Of a DNA stretch of 64,000 bases, positions 39,711-52,020 are shown piece by piece. The position numbers and the translations under genes were made by a program. Location of the stretch: NCBI GenBank assembly GCA_964016885.1, contig OZ024746.1, positions 54,498,001 to 54,562,000 of the forward strand. The letters run 5' to 3'. Position 1 is the stretch's first letter. Each line of letters starts with the position of its first letter. Origin of the DNA: Eledone cirrhosa (Eukaryota). The notes beneath the pieces were generated by a model that worked only from the letters and a program-made list of their open reading frames with translations, had not been told where the DNA came from and made no database searches.

Positions 39711-40073
39711 ATATATATAGGAAAGATGACACCTACCATCAAACAAATCAGTTTAGTACCAACAAAATCGCAGTATTTTGAAACAAATTATTGGAAAGAC
39801 TTAAACTCAAACCAGTTTGAGCACTCAATGTTAATATGTGGGTGGGCTACCGACTATAACAGTACAAATGTAAATTAGACATGTAAAAGATTGTTAAACC
39901 AAACTAGTTAAGTCCTAAAAATATTCTTTTTGATGTGAAATATTTTTTCTGTTATCATTTTCTATTATACACGTAGGATTCATATATAATGAATAAAACA
40001 CAATCGGTGCATTTATATATATACATATGGATTTTGGAGAATCCACATGTCTGATGAGCTATCGATTCCAACG

Positions 40074-40077
<4 letters not shown>

Positions 40078-40137
<60 letters not shown>

Positions 40138-40155
40138 CACACTCACACCCACACT

Positions 40156-40186
<31 letters not shown>

Positions 40187-40344
40187 ACACATACACACAC
40201 ACACTCACACACACTCACACACACACACACACTCACACACACACACATACACACACACACATACACACACACACACACACACATACACTCACACTCACAC
40301 TCACACTCACACTCACACACACTCACACACACTCACACACACAC

Positions 40345-40378
<34 letters not shown>

Positions 40379-40432
40379 ACACACACACTCACACACACAC
40401 TCACACACACTCACACACACACACACACACAC
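40078..40432. repeat. (CA)n/(CACT)n microsatellite
   Basis: Direct inspection. Confidence 0.97.
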
Positions 40433-40713
40433 ATGTATTTATATGTACTTTATAGAATCCACAAGTCTGATGAACTATTGATTCCAATGTCGGGCTCGAT
40501 CAATGCTGAACGTAACTTGAGCTAATCGATCGCAGAACGTGGGTTACGTGTGAATAAATATATTGATGTTATATTGATACTTAGTTCGTGTTCCTTGTTA
40601 TTTTTATTAACACTCTGTATCTTAAGGTTACTCATAATGGTGAAATATCAAACGTAAAATTGGATGCTAAGTCTCGTCAACAATCAGTAACTACACATTA
40701 CAAACCAATACAT

Positions 40714-40803
<90 letters not shown>

Positions 40804-41301
40804 CATAAAGTGTGCCAGAATTTTCCTCAGAATATAACTATTAATTGTTCGTGGAAACCACCATATGTTCGCGGAATCGTAGATATCTTTCGCGATTTTT
40901 TAATTGCTTTTTCGTGGCAATATATGTTTTTTCACGCCTTTTAATGCTAAAATATTAATAACATAGAGGATTCATAGGTCTTCAGTAGCACAGAGGTCAA
41001 AGGGTATTCTTTTACCATGAAAGTATCCAGAATTTTCAAAGATCTTTCATTGTAAGTTACATCGAATGTTCCTGATGTTTTGTTGAAAATAAAGCCAACT
41101 TCCTTCGAACTAATTATATACGTAGGGTATTCGAGTGATTGATAGATAGAGAGCATATGAACAATCTCATAGTTTGGGGATCTGACCCACTACATGGCAA
41201 GTTGTGCAAGTGTTGCTATAGTCCCTGCGGTAAACTATGTTGGGTGTGTGAAATTTTAGACACACTTCTGTGCGGATAACCAATTTCCAGACCCCTCCCC
41301 C

Positions 41302-41347
<46 letters not shown>

Positions 41348-41606
41348 TGTATGTGTGTGTACGTGTGTATGTGTATGTATATATGTGTGTGTGTGTACGT
41401 GTGTACCTTCCTTCTTGTAGCGAGGAGGTTTCACTCAGCTTCAGCAGATACATATTTTTTGAAGAAGCTTGACTATATTTCTACTAGCTTAACAGAAACA
41501 GCATATTGTTGTTGTAAAAAAGGATTGAATAAATAATCTCGTATATCTATAGAGCTCTTCCTCCATTGTGGAATAACAAAATCACAATATACATATGTAT
41601 ATATTC

Positions 41607-41745
41607 CGTTATGTCCTTGAGCAAGACACTTTATTTCACGTTGCTCCTTCTACTTGGAGTTGCGACTGATATATTGTATTAGGAATTGGAAAGACCAACG
41701 GAAACATTGTTTCCTAGGTCCGATTTGACGTACGTCTATCGACAA
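41607..41745 (+). mobile_element. SINE S2 3' fragment
   Basis: Near-identical to 42934-43072. Confidence 0.75.
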
Positions 41746-42334
41746 ATATATATATATGTATGTTTGTGTGTGTGTGTGAGTATGTGTGTGTGTGTGAGGG
41801 TATGAATATTTTATATATATATATATATATATATTTAATACAATAACAGAGATAGTTTAAAGCTAAACTCTGACTGGTAACCATCTCACTCAACAAACAT
41901 TAGGTTATATTAAAATATAAACCCAATTTAAGTGTTTGGGGTGCTAACAATATGTATAATGTGGAAAAACCAGTTGTATTATTTTATGAGATATAATTAA
42001 AGTTAAAGTATATCTCTCTTTCCAAACAATTGTTTCATTATAAGTTTTCTACAAGTTGGGAGAATGTTTCCAGTTTATGTAGAAGCCTAATATATATTCA
42101 TGTAAGAATATATTTAGGTGGGCATTTATAAATCATCAGTGGAAGCCCGTTAAACATTGATATAAGAAAACAATTTCTTACCGCTGTCAAAAATCGTGTC
42201 TGTAAAGTTGCTCTCTCTCACCTCGAATGACCGCCAAATTTGAAATTCCAGCAGTTTTTGACTGAGGAAGTATCATAGCAACACGAAGCGGGAAGGGGAG
42301 ACAACCCACGATCCACGAAATGAGGAAAAAAAAT

Positions 42335-42845
42335 AATAATATACACGCGGGTTAATTAGTTTTTTTGAAAACATTATCAATCCAACGTGTTTAAGAACTC
42401 AATTGAAAATAAAAAAATAAATATATGCTTGTATAAATTACACACGCATATAGATATTTTCTTAGGCTAAATCAGAAGTTGTACCCGAATAAGAACCGCT
42501 TCTCATAACTGCAGTAAATGCAGAAAGTTATGCTATAAAGGGCAAATGGGAATATAATTCTCCGGCCGAATTAAAAGTAAAATATAAAACACACGCGGGT
42601 TAATTAGTTATTTCAAAACCAATATTAATTCCTCGTGTAAAGAACTCAATTAATAAAAGAAAATAAATACATATATGCATGTAATTATATACGTAGGCAT
42701 ATATATATATTTTCTTAGGCTAAAAACCAGAGAAGTTACAACCCCAAAAAACCCCAATATTTCACAACAGTAATAAATACGGAAAGTCAAATTCATAAGG
42801 TACCTGGAAATAAACACCTCTGGCCAATCAAGAGTAAATATTTAA
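42335..42845. repeat. Diverged ~250-bp tandem duplication
   Basis: acacgcgggttaattagtt at about 42343 and 42592; ttttcttaggctaaa at about 42457 and 42710. Confidence 0.8.
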
Positions 42846-42851
42846 TACAAT

Positions 42852-42902
<51 letters not shown>

Positions 42903-42907
<5 letters not shown>

Positions 42908-43072
42908 GAGTTCGATTCCTGAACCAGGCGATGCGTTATGTCCTTGAGCAAGACACTTTATTTCACGTTGCTCCTTCTACCTGGAGTTGCGACCGATAGA
43001 TAGTATTAGCAATTGGAAAGACCAACGGAAACATAGTTTCCTCGGTCCGATTTGACGAAAGTCGATCGACTA
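42903..43072 (+). mobile_element. SINE S2 (5'-truncated) between (TA)n runs
   Basis: B box gagttcgattcc plus tccttgagcaagacactttatttcac core. Confidence 0.8.
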
Positions 43073-43117
<45 letters not shown>

Positions 43118-43706
43118 TGTATATATATATATTTGTGCGTATATATATATATATATTTGTTCAAGCTTTAAAAAAGACAAACCCAGGGAACGAGTACACA
43201 AAGTCACATATACTCGTTCATCTATATATATTGATATAAATCTTCTAGTGTCCCCCTGCCTTCAAAAGTCACTGCTGAGAGCAAAAATGATTATCTTAGA
43301 TAAAATAAATCTGTATTGAAAATGATAAAAATTCTTAAAATACAAAATCGTGCCTTTATTTTAATTTTATTTGAGTAAATATATTTACATGCTGAAGTAA
43401 ATTTGCATTGAATTTCCTTGGAGAATGAAAGTGTCTTTCTTCCATTCCATGTTTGCTTTAATAGTACACAAACTGAAAAGTTCGCCAAATGCAGATAAAT
43501 TAACACGCAACTTTGCAGAAGAAACAGCCGTTTCAGGTACTATTTAATTAAATATGTCTTCTATTATTATGCTTCTAGTGCGATATTTTCTTCTCAAACA
43601 GATTTTTGTTAGTTTTACTCGAAAATAATTTTTTTATGCTCCTCGTTTTAGGTGTATATAATAACCAAGGGATATACAACTAATAAGGTTGTTCATAGAT
43701 ACATAC

Positions 43707-43773
<67 letters not shown>

Positions 43774-43842
43774 TAAATACATATAAGAATCTGCATATAC
43801 ATACATATATATATATACATGTGCATATATATACATGTGCAT

Positions 43843-43902
<60 letters not shown>

Positions 43903-44067
43903 ATTTGTGTGTGTGTGTGTGTGTGTGTATTTGTGTGTATTTGTGTGTGTGCGTGTATCTGTGAGAGCGTAGTAAAACAGTGGTTCGACAAATGATATCG
44001 ATAAACATTTACCAAATATAAAAATAATTACTGGTTTCGATATGATCGAATAAATGAGCTAATTTAT

Positions 44068-44838
44068 AATTATTTCTACTTTTGGCACAAGGCCAGCAAT
44101 TATTCCAGTGTATTACTGGTACTTTATTTTATCGAACCCGTAAGGATGAAAGGCAACGTTTATCTCGGCGGGATTTGAACTCAGCCCGTAAAGGGAAGTG
44201 ACTCTATGATGCAAATTATGGCGTCCGATCCTTTCGAGTTCATCTATACAAGATTCTATAAGACTGTTTGTTGTCTTTCATTGACCATCATTCAAATCTA
44301 CCATTCCAGTCTTATATTCAAGCAATATCTATTTGTACTGTATTATTGGATTGGCAGTATCGGTAGAGGGTCGGACGCCATGCTTTGACGCATAGAGTTA
44401 TGGCCCTTGCCATTCTGAGCAAATCGCCGAGGTTAACTTTGCCTTTCATCCTTACGGGGTCGATAAAATAAAGTACCAGTAATGCACTGAGTAATTGCTG
44501 GCATTCTGCCAAAAGTAGAAACAATTATTATTTAACGTATCGGTATGATATGAGTACAAATCCTGCCGAGGTTAATTTTGACTTTCCTCCTTACGGGGTC
44601 GATAAAATAATGTTCCAGTAATGCTCTGGTGTCAATTTTAATCGACTTTCCCCTGAAAAAAAAAAATTACTGGCCTTGTGCCTATATAAGAAACCATTAT
44701 TTAATATATCGGTACGATATGAGTACAAATCCTGCCGTGTTTAACTTTGCCTTTCATCCTTATAGGGGTCGATAAAATAAAGTATCAGTAATGCACTGGA
44801 ATAATTAATGGCATTTTGCCAAACGTAGAAACAATTAA
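44068..44838. mobile_element. SINE S1 cluster: one minus copy (44068-44232) and three tandem plus copies (44347-44531, 44538-44700, 44708-44838)
   Basis: Repeated S1 body ggggtcgataaaataa. Confidence 0.88.
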
Positions 44839-45471
44839 TTAACATCGAGGAAGCCAGCATCGCTTATTGATTATAAAGTCCATCGGACGGATTGTACCTA
44901 GGATTAGATTGAACCTTCTTATGTATAATATCACGACCAGGGAATTATGTTACGAGTACACGTCTCTTTGGAATACTTAACGTCTTATATATTAGTATAC
45001 CGGGGTTTAAGTTGTTCCAAAACGTGAAAAGCTTGTCATCAGATATGCATAACCATTTTAAAGCCAAATCGAGTGATGACAACTTCTACTTCTATCATCT
45101 CAAGTGTCCACATAGTGTAATATTTGTTATCTTGTAAGAACGACTTTCTAACAATATATTATCTCCAATTGTAACGTCGTATCTAAGGTTTCTATGTGTT
45201 TAGCTTGGACCATGTGCTTCAAGTCATATTACAGGCATGTACATACACCCGACGTACGCCTTCACTTCCATATACACATGCAGACACATATACATACATA
45301 TAATTAGAAGGATACACGTTCACACACGGATATATACATCTCACAGATACAGGTACAGACACACACACACACATGTATATATATGTATACATATATATGT
45401 GTATGTATGTGTATGTGTGTGTGTGTGTGTGTGAGTGTGTGTATATATACATATATACACACACACACACA

Positions 45472-45509
<38 letters not shown>

Positions 45510-45529
45510 TATAAACACACACTCATATA

Positions 45530-45570
<41 letters not shown>

Positions 45571-45586
45571 GTACACACACACACAA

Positions 45587-45649
<63 letters not shown>

Positions 45650-45993
45650 CATAATACATAGATGTGTATGTGTTCATGTGTTTACAGATACGAGCAGTCT
45701 ACGCATGGTATGGTGGGTGTGTATTCGGTGATTTAAAAAAATATATATAAACTCAATATTTAAAAATATAAAGTATATATAACAGTAAAATAACGTGTAT
45801 AGAAATTCGAGTAATATTCTAGAGCATTCGAAATCGTGTAGAAGGCAGAAGTTGCCTGGAGGTATTAATTTGAATAACACGGTATATAATGTAATGGAAA
45901 GACAGAAACTATGTTTGCCAAACGAAGAATTTTTATTAAACTCAATGTTTCCTGCTCAGGGGAAAATCTCAGTCATTTCACATGCGTTGATCT

Positions 45994-46034
<41 letters not shown>

Positions 46035-46122
46035 GTGTGTGTGTGAGTGTGTCGTAAGTGTGTGTTAATTGTGTGTGTGTGTGTCATGCGTATGTAATAT
46101 GTGTGTGTGTGAGAGAGAGAGT

Positions 46123-46161
<39 letters not shown>

Positions 46162-46486
46162 CTTATATATATATATATATTACTCTCTCACACATATATA
46201 TCACATACGCATGGCACACACACACACGCATACACACTCACATACACACACATACACACACATACACATAGACACTTACATACATATACACACTCACATA
46301 CACATAAACGCATATACACGCTCACGTACACACACAAACACATACATACACATATACAGACTTACATATATAGATACACATACACACTCACAGACTTACA
46401 TATACACATGCACACTCATATATATACACACACACATACACACACACACACACAACATAGACACATACATATACACATATACACTC

Positions 46487-46517
<31 letters not shown>

Positions 46518-46909
46518 TACATATACCCATACACACTCACACATACATATACACATGCACACACACATATACACACTCACATACACACTCACACACAGAG
46601 ACATATACACTCACACAGACGCATACACATACACATACACACTCACATACACACTCACACATACAGATACACACTCACAGAGACACATACACCTCGCCAA
46701 GAAGGTGTTACACAACATTTACAAATGTATTACCTCGTGGATTTCATTCTATTTTGTTTTTCATATATTTCAACTTCCTTTCGTTTATTCTTTTATTCTT
46801 CTATACCTTTATTCTTTTATTCTGTTATTCTTTTATTCTTTTTCTTTCATTTTCCATGCTTTTTTTTCTTCCTTGAATCTAAGGTTATCATTTCGAACTT
46901 GGTGATTCC

Positions 46910-47280
<371 letters not shown>

Positions 47281-50200
47281 TTTTGAGTCTCAGTCATTGA
47301 TGTTAGTTAACTGGAAAGTTTGTTGAAATGAATATCAAGCCACTACCTGCAGCCTCAGATATTCAGGACGTATCGGAGGGTTCTTGCTGTTCCCAGCAAG
47401 CATGCCTTTTGAAGCGTTCCAAAAAGCGTGAAGGGGCCAATTTTCTTTAACCATCCCTGGAAACTTTTTGCGATAGTACCTAGTGCGCCTATGACAATCG
47501 GGACCACTTTGACTTCATGGCAGTTCCAAATCCTTTTTACCTCCCACTTTAAGTCCTGGTATCGGTTAATTTTCTCCCTCTCCTTCTCTTGCACTCTCGT
47601 GTCGAATGGGCAGGCCACATCCACAATCAGGCACGATCTATTTTCTTTGTCCACAACCACCAGGTCAGGTCTATTGTGTTTCAGTTTCTTGTCCGTCTGT
47701 ATACTAAAATCCCACAGCACCTTCACCTGATCGTTTTCTATCACCGACTCTGGCTTATGCTCATACCACTTCTCAGAATGTGGTAAATTCTTTACTTTGC
47801 ATAGGTGCCAGTGGATCACCCTGCCCATCACATCATCTCTCCAGCCCTTATAGTGAGTCTGGGTTAGGTGTTTTCACTCGGATGCAATGTGAGCCACAGT
47901 CTCCTCTCTCTCTCTCCACAGATCCTGCACAGTGGGCTAGCCTCCTCCTTGTAAATATGGTGTTTCAACCACTTCGTTTTGAGGGCCTACTCTTGCGCAG
48001 CCATTAACATTCCTTCTGTAGTCTTTTTAAGGTCTCCTCTTTTCAACCGGTTCCATGTCTGTGGATCTCTGAATTCAGTTTTCTCAAAGAAGGTACTATG
48101 AAGGGATTTTTCCTGAAGGCTGCTCTTTCTCCTTGATGTTATTTCCTCCTTGGACATCCCCTGGCCTATTGTCCCCTCATTCAGTACAGTTCTGAGCATT
48201 GGCTCCTTACTATCAGTCACGTATTTGTGTAGGTTGTTTTTCTCCATCTGAACACAGTCCTCTATGCTGATAAGACCTCTTCCACCCTCAGATCTCCTTA
48301 AGTAGAGTCTATCGACATCACTCCTCTTGTGGAACATGTAGATAGTCAATAGCTTCCTAGTTTTCCTATCCATTTCTTTTTGTTCAGCAACATTCCATTT
48401 CATATTCCCCGCACTGTACCTAATAATAGACACAGCTCGGGAATTTGCTGCACTTATGGCATTCCTACTGTTCAGATGTGACTTCAATACGCTCCTTACC
48501 CTCCGAATGTATTCAGTTCTTATCAATTCCTTCATTTTTTTGTTCTTGATGTCATCAGCCTCCAGAACGCCCAAATACTTGTATCCTTTTTCAGAGTCAA
48601 TTTCCTTTATCATCTCACCCGTTGGTACCTGGATTCTGTTACTTCTGCTCAACTTACCCCTCTTCATCACAATGACTCCACACTTACTAATACCAAATTG
48701 CATACATATATCATTGGTGAAAATACGACAGTGTCAACAAGCACATCCAACTCCTTCTCACTCTTCCCGAAGAGCTTAAGATCGTCCATGAATAGGAGGT
48801 GATTGATGGTAAGCCCTCCCTTTCCCAACCTGTATCCTGCTCTCCCTTTTCGCAGTACACTGGTCAGGGGCATCAGGGCAAGGACAAACAACAGAGGGGA
48901 CAGATTATCTCCCTGGAAGATACCTCTCTTGATCTTCACGCTTCCGAAGGATTCTCCAGTTATGTTAACTCTGTTTCCCAGGACTTCATACTTTTGCACA
49001 ACAACTGTCTGATGTTATCTGCCACCTTGAAGATCTCCAGGCTTTTGGTGATCCAAGAATGAGGCACCATGTCAAATGCCTTTTTGTAGTCTATCCATCT
49101 CATGGCAAGACCAGTGTGTCTCCTCTTGCAATTCCTCATTACCATCTTATCAATAAGTAACTGGTCCTTTGTACCACGGGACTTCCTTCGGCATCCTTTC
49201 TGTTCGTCCGGTAACAAGTTGTTTGTGTGGAGGTGATGGTAGATTTCCTCAGACACAATGCTTGTCAACAGTTTCCACATTACGGACAGACATGTGATAG
49301 GTCTATAGTTGGTAACATCATTACTCTTGATTCGGTCTTTCATTACCAGAACTGTGGTACCTTTTGTCAACCACTCTGGTACCTCACCTGACATCAAGCA
49401 GTCATTGAACATGGTTGTCAGTTTCGGGTGCAGGGATGTTACATTTTTAATCCAATACCCCTGCACACCATCTGGGCCTGGTGATTTCCAGTTGGTTAGT
49501 TTTTTGGCCTGCCCCTTGAGAGTTTCAACTGTGATACTCAAATCAGTTTGTTGGTGTGCCTGTTCACTAATTTCCTTCAGTACTGTCTCAATCCACACTG
49601 CCTGGTCATTATGTTTAACATCCTGCTCCAATATTCCTCTCCAGAATGTCTTAGTTTGTTCCGCCTCAGGGATCAAGTCGTTGGCTCTTTCTTTCCCTTC
49701 AAGCTGTCCAAACAACATCTTCTGGTTGTTGTCAAACATTCGGTTCTGTCTATTCTGACTGACTCTGCTCTCGTATCGCCTATTGTTTGCACTCTTTGCT
49801 ACAATGCGTTGCTTCAGTTCCTCTATGATAATATTTAGCTTTTTACTCCTAGTTTTGTACTTTATTTCCAGTCTATTTTTAGTGTCTATGTTTTTTAGTG
49901 TCCCATTCAGTAGGGACTCAAGCTTTCCAATGTAATTTCTCATTTCCCTGATTTGACCACTCAGTCGTTTCTTCCACCAAGGCTCTGCTCTTTCTTCTCT
50001 GTTGTTTCCTCTCGCTTTTATACCAAGTAATTTCCTCACCGCATTTTTGCTGTTGCTTTGAGGATATTGTTGCACTGGTGAAGGCTCCTCGCCTCAAGGA
50101 ATGGGATGACTTTGTTTACCTTAGCTGTTGTTTCTTTTAACTTTTCCTGTCTACAAATCTTAGGTTCATAGGTTTCCCACTATCATTGTTCCTTTCATCT

Positions 50201-50896
50201 ACCACTAAGTTTAGGATATCAACCAAATCTTGTCCTAGCTCGTCAGCATTCATCTCCTCAGTGGTCGTATCTCTGTTCCAGGTATTATTTAATTCAGCAT
50301 TCAGATCATTGTCTGCTTCGGATAGTTCCTCCGTTGTCTCAACTTCTTCACCTTCATTTCCTACTGGCTCATTTACCTGGCATACTCCACTCTCCATGTC
50401 CAACCTAATCTCTCTAATCAGTTCCTCCAGTTCCAGCTCGTTTATCCACCCATAATTTCTTATTACCCGAGCCTGCCCGGCCAATTTTTGTTCATCTAAT
50501 TTAAATAAACCAATCTTGTTCCAGATGTTATGCATCCGTTTCCTAAAGCCTTTTTCCTTGGGGTTACTCTTCAGGTAACATTGCATAACAGTTCTATTCA
50601 ATTCTTTCGTCCAGTGGGTTCTGGTCCCATTCCTTCTTCTTCCTCCGACACCAACAGTATTTGGTTGACAGCCAGGTCCCTGCTGCTGAGCCAGGGAGCA
50701 CCTGCTGGGTGAGAGTCTGTCACATGACATTTCAGTCTCCACTTCACCGTTATTCGAACCGTTTAGGTTCGACATTGAAACACTCTTATCGAGGATTGGT
50801 GAATGTATGGTTACATAACAACCGGTGATTTCATCACCTCCGGTGATTTGATCACCCTCGGTGATTTTAGCGTGCACTATCACGCTGTAGACGAAT
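47281..50896 (-). pseudogene. Full-length but disrupted R4/Dong-like RLE LINE
   Basis: ORF pieces 50137-50946, 48960-50075, 48667-48999, 47987-48703 and 47355-47831 are collinear with the 1130-aa ORF; broken by frameshifts and stops; (TAA)n at both ends. Confidence 0.93.
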
Positions 50897-50929
50897 ATTA
50901 TTACTATTATTATTATTACTATTATTATT

Positions 50930-51447
50930 CTTTGAGTCTCAGTCATTGATGTTAGTTAACTGGAAAGTTTGTTGAAATGAATATCAAGCCACTACCTGCA
51001 GCCTCAGATATTCAGGACGTATCGGAGGGTTCTTGCTGTTCCCAGCAAGCATGCCTTTTGAAGCGTTCCAAAAAGCGTGAAGGGGCCAATTTCCTTTAAC
51101 CATCCCTGGGAACAATTTGAGATAGTCCCTAGTGCGCCTATGACAATCGGGATCACTTTGACTTCATGGCAGTTCCAAATCCTTTTTACCTCCCACTTTA
51201 AGTCCTGGTATCGGTTAATTTTCTCCCTCTCCTTCTCTTGCACTCTCGTGTCGAATGGGCAGGCCACATCCACAATCAGGCATCATCTTTTTTTTTTGTC
51301 CACAACCACCAGGTCAGGTCTATTGTGTTCCAGTTTCTTGTCCGTCTGTATTCTAAAATCTCACAGCACCTTCACCTAATCGTTTTCTATCACCGCCTCT
51401 GGCTTATGCTCATAAAACTTCTCAGAATGTGGTAAATTGTTTACTTT
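50930..51447 (-). mobile_element. 5'-truncated R4/Dong-like copy (RLE domain plus 3' UTR)
   Basis: Matches 47281-47797. Confidence 0.92.
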
Positions 51448-51475
51448 ATTATTATTACCACTGTTATTGTTATTC

Positions 51476-51992
51476 CTTGAATCTCAGTCATTGATGTTGG
51501 TTAACTGGAAAGTCCGTTGGATTGAATATCAAGCCACTACCTGCAGCCTCAGATATTCAGGACGTATCGGAGGGTTCTTGCTGTTCCAAGCAAGCATGCC
51601 TTTTGAAGCGTTCCAAAAAGCGTGAAGGGGCCGATTTTCTTTAACCATCCCTGGAAACCTTTGGAGATAGTCCCCAGTGCGCCTATGACAATCGGGATCA
51701 CTTTGACTTCATGGCAGTTCCAGATCCTTTTCACCTCCCACTTTAGGTCCTGGTATCGGTTAATTTTCTCCCTCTCCTTCTCTTGCACTCTCGTGTCGAA
51801 CGGGCAGGCCACATCCACAATCAGGCACGATCTTTTTTCTTTGTCCACAACCACCAGGTCAGGTCTATTGTGTTCCAGTTTTTTGTCCGTCTGTATCCTA
51901 AAATCCCACAGCACCTTCACCTAATCGTTTTCTATCACCGCCTCTGGCTTATGCTCATAAAACTTCTCAGAATGTGGTAAATTGTTTACTTT
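51476..51992 (-). mobile_element. Second 5'-truncated R4/Dong-like copy (chimeric, part of a 545-bp tandem duplication)
   Basis: 3' part matches 52021-52460; 5' part and truncation point match the 50930-51447 copy. Confidence 0.9.
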
Positions 51993-52020
51993 ATTATTAT
52001 TACCACTGTTATTGTTATTC

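Noticed and set aside
40050-40075. CTGATGAG as a hammerhead core
   Set aside because: No stem II or GAAA follows
40947-41156. 69-aa non-repetitive ORF
   Set aside because: No recognisable motif or splice support
45219-46905. Many [12 protein letters not shown] ORFs here and throughout the window
   Set aside because: Translations of dinucleotide microsatellites
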